Shown: one piece after another, positions 1 through 12,545 of the stretch
Numbering within the stretch: the first letter of the stretch is position 1
How the letters are laid out: each line of letters opens with the position of its first letter
Origin: Octopus bimaculoides
Taxonomy: Eukaryota
Assembly: GCF_001194135.2 (NCBI RefSeq)
Contig: NC_068981.1
Location: 40,875,193-40,939,192, forward strand
Direction: 5' to 3'
Length of the DNA stretch: 64,000 nucleotides
Position numbers and translations under genes: made by a program
The notes under the pieces: generated by a model
What the model was told of the DNA's origin: nothing
Databases searched by the model: none
The model's input: only the letters and a program-made list of their open reading frames with translations

Positions 1-96
1 AGGACTGGTGAAACCGGATGGCAACACCAGCCTCCAATCTGATTTGGCAGAGTTTCTACAGCTGGATGCCCTTCCTAACGCCAACCACTCAGAGAG
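1..96 (-). mobile_element. RTE 3' module copy (cut by window edge), abutting (TA)n
   Basis: Near-identical to the other copies (GGCAGAGTTTCTACAGCTGGATGCCCTTCCTAACGCCAACCACTC). Confidence 0.85.
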
Positions 97-121
97 TATA
101 TATATATACATATATATATAC

Positions 122-168
<47 letters not shown>

Positions 169-169
169 C

Positions 170-213
<44 letters not shown>
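97..213. repeat. (TA)n microsatellite with TACA interruptions
   Basis: Direct reading. Confidence 0.98.
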
Positions 214-217
<4 letters not shown>

Positions 218-608
218 GTAAAAGTTTGTTATAGGTATAAAAATACTATAAACAATTATAAAAATGGAGAAAAGATGTTAAAAAATCAAAATTAAATTTA
301 ATAAGTACATATGTGCACACAGGTGTGTGTGTGTGTGTATATATCTACATACATATAAACCCACACATATGCATGCATGTGGGATGTGCAATGTGTGTAT
401 CATCATTTTTACATTTATTTTCCTTTCCTTGCTGACATTAGTTGAAAGACATTGCCTGTGTCACTATTCTACGGAGATGCCCTTTCTAATAAAGTCCGTT
501 ACTCTGTACTTTGCACATTGAAGCATCACAAGACAAAAGCATGTCATTACAAAAGCAAATGAAAAACAGGTGATCAACGCAGGCACATATGCACACATAC
601 CACACATT

Positions 609-648
<40 letters not shown>

Positions 649-1328
649 AAATACAAAAATGGGACAAGAACGCAAAACATCCAGACAGTTAGGTGATACA
701 AAAAGGATCAACAAAAATCCAGATAGACGATACAAAGAAAACAAGGACGGGTCATTCGGAGTTTTCTTTCCTCAGTCGAGTTCCACATTATCTTTGCAAT
801 TTCGGCTGTCCAGTTAAGGTGAAGTGTTTTAGACTACTTGGCCATTCTGACATCTTCATAAAAACCACCCTGTACACTCTGTGGAGTGGCTGGCATTAGG
901 ACAGGCATCCAGCTGTAGAAACCATGCTATAACAGACAATGGCGCCTGATGCAACCCCTTACCAGTTCTGATCAAACCATCTAATGCATGCCAGCATGGA
1001 AAACCAGATGGATGATGATGATGAATCAGGGGAACAATATATGGCCCTCTAAATATATGAACTCATATATAAATGAACTTATGTCTATATGTATTAAGTC
1101 TCAAAGAAATTAGGCTTATGAGCACCTTTTCAGTAGTCAGATATAACGATTGAACCAACTAATTTCAACGTAATTTAATATATTATGATTTGCTCACATC
1201 CCCTTCTCACAGAACTGACTATAGAAGGTGAAAGATACTTATCAATATGTAAACAAGTATGTTCCTTGCAACTAACTCATTTATATAATGATACCAAGTT
1301 GAATGCTAGTCAATTATTAAGTCAGCAA

Positions 1329-1678
1329 TCATCATCGTTTAATGTCCGCTTTCCATGCTGGCATGGGTTGGACGGTTTGACTGAGGACTGGCAAGCCAGA
1401 TAGTTGCACCAGGCTCCAATCTGATCTGGCAGAGTTTCCATAGCTGGATGCCCTTCCTAACGCCAACCACTCTGAGAGTGTAGTGAGTGCTTTTATGTGC
1501 CACCGGCACGAGGGCCAGTCAGGCAGTACTGGCAACAGCCACACTCAAATGGTGTTTTTACGTGCCACCTGCACAGGAGCCAGTCCAGCGGCACTGGCAA
1601 CGACCTCACTCGAATGTTGTTTTTCACGTGCCAGTAAGGCGACGCTGATAACAATCAGGCTCAAATGGTGTGTTTTGT
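1329..1678 (-). mobile_element. RTE 3' module copy
   Basis: (CAT)n-CGTTTAATGTCCGCTTTCCATGC start, shared core, tandem subunits. Confidence 0.85.
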
Positions 1679-2263
1679 ATATTTTCCAATTATATGATGC
1701 ATTATTTTGGGCTTACTTTTTTTCATTACAGCTCTTATCTAGAAACAGTCTAATGCGATAATTTTGTCAATGAAGACAACTAGCAATTTAGTTTTGATAT
1801 CAAATAAGTGACAGCTTTCATTGATCTCCAAATGTTCCAAGTGTTCAAAACTCAACACTAAATATTAAATTTCTCTATTGTCACCATTTAAAATGACGAG
1901 ATTTTCCTGCTCTGCAACATCCATTAACAGCTAGGCGACTTAAGTAAATAGACAAAATACTTTACAAATCAGTCTTGTTAACTGGTTGACCAGTACTCTA
2001 ACAAGCCATCTATTCAAATTTTGAACTATCCCTTTCTCATACATACATGCACACATATGCATGCATGCAGGCGCACAAAATTACCATGTATAATCTTGTG
2101 AAATATATTTGATAGTTGGCTGACTTCCAGGTTAAAAAGAAAAAGATAAATTTATATACTTGGTATACTGCCAACTCAGCAAAATAAATACTGAGTTCTA
2201 AAATATTTAACAAAATTTCAATAAAATATCTTTTTTAAACTTTTTCATTCCAATGAAATAAAT

Positions 2264-2474
2264 CTAAATACCTTTAGCTTCTTTAATAATATCCATTAAT
2301 AAATCATCTGACTTTTTTTTAAACTTCTTATTGCTTTTTAAATTGGTAATATGCATTCTCAAATTGCTATTTGTATTCGGGTAATTCTGATGTTGTCCAA
2401 GAGACATCTTTGGCGTTTGAAATCCTCTTTGAAACATTTTCGCCTTATACATTCTTACACAATTGTAAGTTTGC
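2264..2474 (-). CDS. Candidate terminal exon of an unidentified minus-strand gene
   Basis: ttttttcag|G CAA ACT...; open to TAG: QTYNCVRMYKAKMFQRGFQTPKMSLGQ...KKFKKKSDDLLMDIIKEAKGI*. No homology recognised. Confidence 0.3.
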
Positions 2475-2864
2475 CTGAAAAAACAATCAGTAAATTTTTA
2501 TTTCCCCCTTTATTAGTACCCTCATAGATCAAAGTCCGTCATACTATTCACAAAAGCATGGTAAAGCTATATAAACTGCCCCCGCTCAAGTTCGTAAAAA
2601 GTAGCCTTTACATACTACCAAATTAATTCCTTTCTGTTATATTTCTGTTAAATACACAGCCTTTGTTTAAATTAATTTTGAAAATAATGAAGTATTTTGT
2701 AAAATAAGTGTGTCATCATTAAGCGGGTGGTTTGAAAATAGATATGAAAGTCGTTTTCTAACGGTTTGGTATCAAGAATATTCATTAAAGAAAAGTGTAT
2801 GGATAATGGATATATCCCTTAAAACACACATGATTTTATTTAAATAATAGTGTTACATCTCATA

Positions 2865-3116
2865 GCCGGACTGGCTCCTGTGCAGGTGGCATGTAAAATA
2901 CACCATTTTGAGCATGGCCGTTGCCAGTACCGCCTGACTGGCCTTCGTGCTGGTGGCATGCAAAAGCACCCACTACACTCTCAGAGTGGTTGGCGTTGCA
3001 TCCAGCTGTAGAAACTCTGCCAAATCAGATTGGAGCCTGGTGTAGTCATCTGGTTCACCAGTCCTCAGTCAAATCGTCCAACCCATGCTAGCATGGAAAG
3101 CAGACGTTGAACGATG
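2865..3116 (+). mobile_element. RTE 3' module copy
   Basis: Shared core and terminal CCATGCTAGCATGG palindrome. Confidence 0.85.
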
Positions 3117-3403
3117 AATCAAAACCACTTAAAATATTTTCTTGCGATTTCTAATTCAAGTTGCTTTTGTTGTTAAAATATTGCTACATTTTACAATTTG
3201 GCTTTTACTCCCCAAGGAAAAAAAAAACAAGTCTGTTGAAATTCTTAAATAATTCAACAACATATACTGCAATGAAACATTTATTTCTATATTGCTAGTG
3301 CTAAGAAATTGACTTCCTTTGTCATCAAAACAACCTCTGGTAAAATTATCAATGTTGCACAAAGATTCCTTTGCTTTGTGGAGAAAAGCATTAAAAAGAA
3401 ATA

Positions 3404-4128
3404 CCATATATACTCGAGTAATAGTCAATCTCATGTAAAAGTCGACTTCCTATTTTTGGCCAAAAATGTGGGAATTTTCCATAGACCCCATATAAAAGTT
3501 GGCCCTAATATTTCACAAACAACAGGATAACATTTGTGGGTCAAGGTACTCTATCCTGCATGTAGAAATAACACTGTTACAAAATTGTGTGGCTACCTTA
3601 CTAGCCTGCTCTATAGGTGGAATGCTTATATAACACCATTTAATAACAAGTACTACACATCTGTTGATGGGTGCTACATCACCATTACTAAAATGTATGC
3701 ACAGGATATGCTGCAAGCCTGCATACATCTACAAGTACAATAAACACATGCATTATACACGCATTGTTTATATGGTGAGAAACATGCTTCACAGACAGCA
3801 TTATTGGCAAACACCACTGTCTGAATTCACGCAAAGGTATGACTTTGCTAAGTCAAAAAACATTCAATTAATCGCTAGATCAGTGGTTCCCATGCAACCT
3901 TTATATTTTATTAGGATGTGTGTTTTGAATTGGTAATATTACTAATTCGTTGTGTTTATGTTTTTATTTGTTTAGAGAACGGTTAGGCTTCTGCTGCTGA
4001 TATGGTAGATTCTAGCTTGGATTTTAGCCCCTCAAAAATAGTATCCATGTAATAGTCAATCCCATAAATTTGACCTTAAAAATGGTCTAAAAAAAAAAAA
4101 AATTTGACTTTTACACAAGTATATTCGG
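3404..4128. mobile_element. Non-autonomous Tc2/pogo-like DNA transposon
   Basis: TA-flanked TIRs CCATATATACTCGAGTAATAGTC / rc CCGAATATACTTGTGTAAAAGTC (18/23 match). Confidence 0.65.
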
Positions 4129-5925
4129 TAACAGACTCAAGAAATACAAGCATCCAGATTATACTTTCTTTTACATACATATAATCACATTTGTACAAAC
4201 ATTTTTGAAAATGTTTGCATATTTATAAACATACAATTTTATGATCCCCCCCCCCAAATTTTATCTTATCACCACTGCTCTCTCTAAAATAAAGACGAAA
4301 AGATAGATACATATAACTGCACATACATCAGCAATCATATTACTAACCCACTTCAAAAGCTGAAGCAACACAACCAAGTTAAAGACACCAATCTTGAGAC
4401 AAAATGGGCCTATAACTCAAAAAATAAAATTCTCATAGTTCAGCATCATCATTTAATGTCCACTCTCCATGCTAGCATGGGGAGGACAATTTGACAGGGA
4501 ACCAGTGAGCTGCAGGGCTGCATCAAGCTCCAATGTCATCTTTGTCTCAAGTTTCTATGGCAGGATGCCCTTCCTAATGCCAACCACATTACAGAGTGTA
4601 TTGGGTGCTTCTTCCATGACACTGGCACTAGTAAGGTTGCCATATAACTTGCAAGACAGAAAAGAACAGAGAAAAAGCTCCCACTTCTAAGAGGAAGTAT
4701 TTGGGAGGGGAAGGTAGAGGTGAGTGGCAGTATGCTAGGAGTTGAAAGGCTAAAATATGATAGAGAGAAAAACACAGGTGTCTTACTATAGAGGAGATAC
4801 AAGGCTGAAGGAAATAAGAAGGAAGTGACCAGATGCTAGAGCAAACTCTCAAAGAACAAGAAGGTGAGCATAAGAGAGGACACATATGGTAGGTCATCGG
4901 AGGGGATGAGAGAATGAATCCTTTCGTAAGAGTTGTGAGGGGGACAAAACAAGTGGAGAGATAATATATTCACTAAACATCAGAAACAAACCAAAATTTA
5001 GCTTGGAGACACAAGCCTTGAACAAAAACTTACAGCTGAAAGGCTAAATACATATCAATGAACGATAAATGAAGAAAAAAAAAAAACCTAAATTTGTATG
5101 TGGTACCTTCAACATAACAATTCTTATTAAAACCAGTCATTAGGTAAAGAAGTAAATAAGTTGGAAGCTACTAAAAATCTATAAGAAGAATAAAAGATAT
5201 GTTATCTTTCAATATCTGTACAGAAAAGGCATTAACAAACTCTACTCTTCTCATTAAAAAAAAGGGCCAAACCAGTCAAACTGAAAACCAGTATAGTCAC
5301 AACTGTTTAACACCTAATTAAAACATTATATCCCACTAAAAAATGAAAACAAACTACTAAAATTTGCAGCAAACTATTAAAAAAGGCATCCTACATGTCA
5401 GTATTGTTTTGACTCCTCTTTTAAACCCATTACATACTTATGCATAAAACATATCTTAAATCAAGATACATTTCTCACTGTCTTCTCTGGATGTCCTGAA
5501 GCTGAATAGAACTAGTATTAATCATATCAAAAGCAACTAGATCTCATTACCTAATAATCCATAGGCAATTAAATGAAATTTGATGAGTTCAGCAAAAGCA
5601 TTTCTGCAGCAGATATGAAAAAATTAAACCTTTTGAAGAAAATGTAAAACTGAATGTTCAACAAACAAGCTGTGCAGTTAGATGGGAACCACAAGTCTCA
5701 TGGATGAAACAACTGTGTCAGATATGAATGATGGACGCATTTTCAAAAAGTCAAAAAAATGAATATTTCAAGAAATGCCTGATCATCCTAACTCTCTGCT
5801 TCAATAGGCATTGTCCTTCTCAATGTAAGAACTTGAAAATTCTTGATTTCAACTAAAAACCAACATCAAGATGTTATAATATATGTTATAGCATACACAC
5901 ACATATATATACACATAATATATAC

Positions 5926-5973
<48 letters not shown>

Positions 5974-5992
5974 ATATATATATTCACACACA

Positions 5993-6669
5993 CGTGGTGT
6001 GCAAGAGAGACGATTGCGCTGGTATGGACATGTGGTGAGAATGGATGAGGATAGCTGCGTGAAAAAGTGCCACACCCTAACAGTTGAGGGAACCCGTGGA
6101 AGAGGTAGGCCCAGGAAGACCTGGGCTTAGGTGGTGAGGCAAGACCTTCGTACATTGGGCCTCACCGGGGCGATGACTACTGACCGAGACCTTTGGAAAT
6201 GTGCTGTGCGTGAGAAGACCCGGCAAGCCAAGTAAGATCGTTGCCAGTGCCCCTGGACTGGTTCTTGTGCGGGTGACACATGAGATGCACCATTTTGAGC
6301 GTGGCCGTTTTCGTGTGGGTGACACGTAAAAGCACCCACTACACTCTCTGAGTGGTTGGCATTAGGAAGGGCATCCAGCTGTAGAAACTCTGCCAAATTA
6401 GACTGGAGCCTGGTGTTGCCATCCGNNNNNNNNNNCACATAAAAGACACCATTTCGAGCGTGGCCGTTTTCGTGTGGGTGACACGTAAAAGCACCCACTA
6501 CACTCTCTGAGTGGTTGGCATTAGGAAGGGCATCCAGCTGTAGAAACTCTGCCAAATTAGACTGGAGCCTGGTGTTGCCATCCGGTTTCACCAGTCCTCA
6601 GACAAATCGTCCAACCCATGCTAGCATGGAAAGCGGACGTTAAACGATGATGATGATGATGATGATGAT
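5993..6669 (+). mobile_element. 5'-truncated RTE-clade LINE: ORF C-terminus plus 3' UTR with (GAT)n tail
   Basis: Translates [42 protein letters not shown]...DRDLWKCAVREKTRQAK*. It runs directly into the abundant repeat ending CCATGCTAGCATGGAAAGCGGACGTTAAAC(GAT)n. Confidence 0.85.
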
Positions 6670-6944
6670 ACACATACATAATATAATACACACACACACA
6701 TATACATACACTTACTGAACATATATACATGGACAAAGGAATTATCTGAATATAAGCTTACAATATACCATGACAATAATTTTTTTATTTTAGTCGTTTT
6801 TCTAGCCAACATTGGCCTAACCCTAACCCCAGTTACTGAATATAGTTCTTAATCCCTCTGTATATTCACATCTGCATACATCCATATACACACACAAATA
6901 TCTACATCTATAAGTATTTGAAGCCCACAAACACATGAATTTAG

Positions 6945-7620
6945 TATGGAGATAAACACAGAGAAAACAAAAGTTACGACAAACTGCCCAAACAGAATCA
7001 GTACCAACATAAGCATCAGTGGAGATGAGCTTGAACAAGTTCAAAATTTCAAATATCTTGGAATGATAGTGAGTGACCAACATTCCGAGCCTGAAGTGAT
7101 ATCCCACATTGCTAAAACAACAGCAGCAATAAGCAAATTCAGAACACTATGAAAAGACAGAAATATCTCACTGAACTCCAAAATAAGGCTAATGAGATCA
7201 CTAGTGAGCTCAATATTCCTGTATGCCTATGCGACATGGACACTGACAGCAGAAATCAAAAGAAAAATCTAGGCTACAGAGATGAAATATTTCAGGAGAC
7301 TTTAGGGAATATCATATAGAAATCATGTCACAAATGAGGAAGTAAAAAGAATAAGGCAGACAATAGGGCCCTATGAGGAACTTACCACAGTAAAGAAATG
7401 TAAGCTCAAGTGGTTTGGGCATGTCACCCACTCATCAATCCTTCAGGAGACAGTCAAAAGTGGCAGACAGAGAAAGAGGTGGAAAAACAACATCTGTGAG
7501 TGGACAGGCCTAAAGATGGGAGATGCAGTGCAAGAGGCAGACAACAAAGACAGGTGGAGGGATCTGGTTGCAAAATCATCAGTGGTGCCCCCATGGTCAG
7601 CCAGACTAAGGGATATGTAA
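6945..7620 (+). mobile_element. Decayed RTE LINE RT C-terminal region (second RTE family)
   Basis: MEINTEKTKV...LEQVQNFKYLG...IFLYAYATWTLT...KLKWFGHV..., with stops and frameshifts. Confidence 0.85.
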
Positions 7621-9049
7621 AGTAATGTAATACAGGCAAGTGTATTTGACTAAATATGTGCACACACATTAAGGCAGATATATATAAAATGTATAATAAA
7701 TATACATTGTCAGAGAGAAAACATTAAGAAAAAATGTTGATAGATTACACACACATGAGTATCATTTTCATCACAATATATTCACTTTCCATGCTGGCAC
7801 AAGTTGGCTGGATTATCAGCCAGTTTTTATTTGGATTAACTACTCTGCAAGATGGGGCAAGGAACCATGTTTCATTTTAGCTTGGTTTCTATGGTTAGAT
7901 GTCTTTTCTGAAACCAATCACTTTATAAAGTGTACATCGGTGCATTTTATCATGGCAGCTACATAAAAGAGACTGTCATACCCTTGACACAACAAGGCTA
8001 AAAAGTACTTTCAACATTACTATTTCTCTGCTCATTTAGTACTAACACTAGTGAGGTTGACTTGTCCCCTACAAAACAAAAGGATTCTTAATGTTGAATG
8101 TTGTCAGTTTGTTATGGTAAACATGGTCATCAGAATGAGTAGAAACGAAAGCAATTGCAGCAGATGAGCTGTTAAATGGAAGATGATATGAATGTGTGTG
8201 TGTGTAAAATTCAGTGAAAACCATTAACTGTATGAGCACCTCTGAGACTTAGTGATTTGATAACACTTATCCATGATTATAGTAAACTATTTCTAGTGTT
8301 TGTTGTCAGTCAGTCTGTTAGGACAACTAACCAAGAAACATCACTTTTGCTTGCCTGAGCTTGGTAAATGAACCAGCTGGTCTGCATTATCTTCCTTTAT
8401 CATGAGTAGACAGCCATTATATACACATTACACACATATACATATGTATATGTGTGTGCAGATGTATGTATATGTGTACCGAGTTACAACACCCAAACTG
8501 GCTTCCATTTTACAATTCTAGATGTCAATACTATCCTTCACCACATCCTAAATTCAATCTGGGCTGCATTCAAAAAACATCAATACCATATATACATATT
8601 AGAAACCCAAAATTTCAGCATGAAAGATGGCAGCAGTCCACCTTATCAGGAAAGAATAATGGGATTCTAAACATGAACACAGATCCATAGAACAGAGGAT
8701 AATAGAAGGTGCAACAGTTTCCATATCATGCAGGTGACTAAAATGAAAGCATTACTAACCAATGCAGATAGTAGAGTGGTTTGACAATATGTGTATTGAA
8801 ACAGAAGCCCCACACATCAGATTACTGATGATCCCAGAAGAGTGCAGGACTTACTGCCTAATGCTATGTTACCATTTTTACTGTTGAAAATCCAAATGTA
8901 CCATCTTCACCCTTAAATTCCATAACATCTCCAGCAAGGCTATCTCAAGTATAAGTATAATACTTCCACTTTTCTTGATGGTGTTACTTATCTGCTTCTC
9001 AAATGTGGTGAGCTCTTTCTACTGCACCAATACTTGCTATTCTTCCAAT

Positions 9050-9440
9050 TCTGCTTTATTATCAGCATTATTCCTCTGTTCAAAAAGGGCAATTACACAT
9101 CACCTGTCAATACCTGTCTAGTTAATCTCAGTAGCCATTTTGCTAAATTAATGAACTTCTGGAACCCTAACATCATTCAAGCCTCACAATTTAGCAACCA
9201 ACTCATCAAATTTCTTGCAGACAGCCAATCACAGATGATGGATAATGCATGGATGTTAGCTACCTCTCTTTCTCTCTCTCTGAGAAACAAAAGTGATTTT
9301 CTCATATTCTGGGAATTGGCAGAATAGCCATATTCAGTGGGCTTCCAGATGAGATACGTATTTGGCCATGAGTAATGTACAGATCCATTGGTTTTCTATC
9401 ATAAATTCAGTTGTCTTCTTATCAGGTAAGTACATAACAA
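9050..9440 (+). mobile_element. Decayed CR1/Jockey-like LINE RT fragment
   Basis: IIPLFKKGNYTSPVNTCLVNLSSHFAKLM resembles the P.FKKG...P.NYRP.SL.S...K RT motif. Confidence 0.6.
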
Positions 9441-9744
9441 TTATTCAACACATTTAAACTGTTGAGTATTTTAATAAAACTAGTGATTATTGCCACCTTA
9501 CTTTTAGCTGCAAAGCATGCAAATAACTCAATGGTTTGTGTTCAAACTATCCTAAAGGTTTCACATCACATTATTACTTTTCATCTATTACATTGACTTG
9601 TTTAAATCTAAGAAATTAAGACCCTTTTCTTTCTTGCTACTAAATATCCTGTAAGTTTGGCATAGATCATATTTAATTTTTATCAAATACTTTATTGGTC
9701 ACAACATAATATGCCTCCTTCCCCATGTCTGAAAAATAATTTAA

Positions 9745-9912
9745 CCCTTTAGCATTCAAACAGACCATATCAGGCCAAAATATTTCACCTGTTTTATGTT
9801 CAAACTGGCCAGATTTGGCCTCTCACACCTTAAATTATAATATAATGCATGATTAATTCAAAACAATATAAACAAACATTACATTTGACAGACTAATCTG
9901 AATACTAAAGGG
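9745..9912. mobile_element. piggyBac-like MITE
   Basis: TTAA|CCCTTTAGCATTC ... GAATACTAAAGGG|TGAA: TIRs and a near-TTAA target. Confidence 0.6.
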
Positions 9913-10169
9913 TGAAACGTAGTGTTATATAGTTATGTTTCATATTTAATGTATATACACCATTGTTAGGCTTGTTACTGCTGTATTTGTCCTGAGATAA
10001 CATCACTTATGGGATGTACTGCATTAAAAATACAATAGTGTTATATATAATTTTGACTGCAGATGTTGGTATTATGCTATCATAAGCAAATATTATATAA
10101 AGATCTTTTTTCTTTACTAGTTTATATCCATTTTCCATAACTTAATATATTAGTAAAATCAAAATTGCT

Positions 10170-10789
10170 GACGTGGCCAATGACAGTACCACCTGATTGG
10201 CACTTGTGCCAGTGGAACGTTAAAAGCACCATCCGAGTGTGATCGTTGCCAGGGCCACTGACTGGCACGTAAAAAGCACCATTTGAGCATGATCGTTGCC
10301 AGCGTCACCTTACTGGCACATGTGCCAGTGGTACATGAAAAACAACATTCGAGTGTAGTTGTTGCCAGTGCCGCCGGACTGGCTCCTGTGCAGGTGGCAC
10401 GTAAAAAACACCTTTTGAGTATGGTCATTACCAGTACCACCGGATTGGCCCTCATGCCGGTGGCACGTAGAAGCACCCACTACACTCTCAGAGTGGTTGG
10501 CATTAGGAAGGGCATCCAGCTGCAGAAACTTTGCCAGACCAGACTGGAACCTGGTGCAGCCTTCTGGCTCGCCAGTCCTCAGTCAAACCGTCCAACACGT
10601 GTCAGCATGGAAAGTGGACGTATGATCAACATCATCATCATCATCATCATCGTTTAACGTCCGCTTTCCATGCTAGCATGGGTTGGACGATTTGACTGAG
10701 GACTGGTGAAACCGGATGGCAACACCAGGCTCCAGTCTGATTTGGCAGAGTTTCTACAGCTGGATGCCCTTCCTAACGCCAACCACTCG
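10170..10789. mobile_element. Tail-to-tail pair of RTE 3' module copies (+ 10170-10622, - 10630-10789)
   Basis: A plus copy with about 5 tandem subunits ends at 10622. A (CAT)n tract then leads into an inverted copy truncated at (TA)n. Confidence 0.85.
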
Positions 10790-10792
10790 ATG

Positions 10793-10849
<57 letters not shown>

Positions 10850-11269
10850 AACACACACAAAATGTTTGTTTTGTTTAATACCACAAATAAAATGACATTT
10901 TTATATTGCAAAACTAAAGTGGATTAATGAATTAGCAGCAAAAGACTTTCATTGTTACACATCACACTATTGCCATTGTGCCTGCCTGTCGCTTTTGTGA
11001 AGATTTTTTTTTTTTTCATAACACACATACATAGTTCTGTTAACAGTACTAAAGAAAATTACATTTATTTGCAACTGACAATAAAGCAATGGCAAATGAG
11101 AGACAGACACAGAAAGAAAGAATATGGGTGTTCAACCTGCAAGAAACTGTAAACAAATCTCAACCTACCATCTTAAAGAACACAAAGGATAACAATAAAA
11201 ATACTCAAAAATATGGTGAAAGCTCAATAAACATAGACACATTACATATACTAACACACACAATGTATG

Positions 11270-11425
11270 ATAAGCATACACACACACACAAACATATATA
11301 CACACATACACAAACATATATATATACATACATACACAAACACATTTTCACATACTGGACCAGTAACCACACAGGAACTGTTACGCAGTCTCTTCTCCCT
11401 TTGTTGCATCTATTTCACTAACACA

Positions 11426-11484
<59 letters not shown>
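11270..11484. repeat. Compound (CA)n/(CT)n/(TA)n microsatellite ending in gap
   Basis: Direct reading. Confidence 0.95.
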
Positions 11485-11939
11485 NNNNNNNNNNNNNNNN
11501 NNNNNNNNNNNNNNNNNNNNNNNNNNNNNNNNNNNNNNNNNNNNNNNNNNNNNNNNNNNNNNNNNNNNNNNNNNNNNNNNNNNNNNNNNNNNNNNNNNNN
11601 NNNNNNNNNNNNNNNNNNNNNNNNNNNNNNNNNNNNNNNNNNNNNNNNNNNNNNNNNNNNNNNNNNNNNNNNNNNNNNNNNNNNNNNNNNNNNNNNNNNN
11701 NNNNNNNNNNNNNNNNNNNNNNNNNNNNNNNNNNNNNNNNNNNNNNNNNNNNNNNNNNNNNNNNNNNNNNNNNNNNNNNNNNNNNNNNNNNNNNNNNNNN
11801 NNNNNNNNNNNNNNNNNNNNNNNNNNNNNNNNNNNNNNNNNNNNNNNNNNNNNNNNNNNNNNNNNNNNNNNNNNNNNNNNNNNNNNNNNNNNNNNNNNNN
11901 NNNNNNNNNNNNNNNNNNNNNNNNNNNNNNNNNNNNNNN

Positions 11940-12155
11940 GAGCGTGGCCGTTTTCGTGCGGGTGACACGTAAAAGCACCCACTACACTCTCTGAGTGGTT
12001 GGCGTTAGGAAGGGCATCCAGCTGTAGAAACTCTGCCAAATCAGACTGGAGCCTGGTGTTGCCATCCGGTTTCACCAGTCCTCAGTCAAATCGTCCAACC
12101 CATGCTAGCATGGAAAGCGGACGTTAAACGATGATGATGATGATGATGATGATGA
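11940..12155 (+). mobile_element. RTE 3' module copy adjacent to assembly gap
   Basis: Shared core, (GAT)n tail followed by (TA)n. Confidence 0.85.
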
Positions 12156-12411
12156 TATATAGATATATATATGAGATTGCTTTGTGTCATGTGTGCATGT
12201 TTGTGTACATCAATAGATACACGTATGGATCTATGTAAAAAGAATGCATATGATAAAATAAAATTTTTAAAAAATGATGAACTGGCTGTTAATTCAGATC
12301 AAAGCATAATTATAACCATAAATGTGTTTATATTCACTTCTGTATAGCTAATAAATAAATGCTTTGATGTTAACAACTGCTTATCCATCTATTTTATTAT
12401 ACTTTCATTAC

Positions 12412-12545
12412 CTTGATCAGTACATTAGCCGAAGTTAAATCTTGTTTGTCTGGATTCCATCTACCAAAACACCTGGTCACATTATTGAAAAACCCTCCCA
12501 TTATATCTGCCCCCAGCACTTTGCAAGGATATGTATCACTGAAGT
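12412..12545 (-). CDS. Candidate internal exon of an unidentified minus-strand gene
   Basis: ttgctgttttttaag|AC TTC ... ATC AAG|gtaatg. It has 44 open codons in unique sequence: DFSDTYPCKVLGADIMGGFFNNVTRCFGRWNPDKQDLTSANVLIK. No homology recognised. Confidence 0.35.

Noticed and set aside
8-295. Recurrent ORF MKPDGNT(R/S)[20 protein letters not shown] (also 6127-6591, 10706-10927, 11410-12075, 31989-33434, 44776-45156)
   Set aside because: It is the antisense reading of the RTE 3' UTR repeat. Copies have differing frames and ends and run into microsatellites or N gaps, so it is not a gene family.
3513-3728. Minus-strand ORF with apparent splice sites
   Set aside because: Lies inside the TIR-bounded 3404-4128 DNA transposon.
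6290-6585. Apparent tandem duplication of ~135 bp of the RTE module
   Set aside because: The copies are essentially identical and flank a 10-N gap, typical of unmerged contig overlap.
10696-10715. Hammerhead-like CTGAGGA-CTGGT-GAAA-CCGG in the antisense RTE module
   Set aside because: No paired stem II base, no NUH triplet and no stem I. GAAA is not conserved in other copies (GCAAG, GACAAG, GGAC).
11267-12075. Long ORFs of 175-232 aa
   Set aside because: Their length comes from the 455-N gap and TA/CA repeats.
12525-12532. ATATCCTT (U12 AT-AC donor-like) on the minus strand; another near 16417
   Set aside because: Not at a supported exon end and no matching branch site found. Several such 8-mers are expected by chance in AT-rich DNA.
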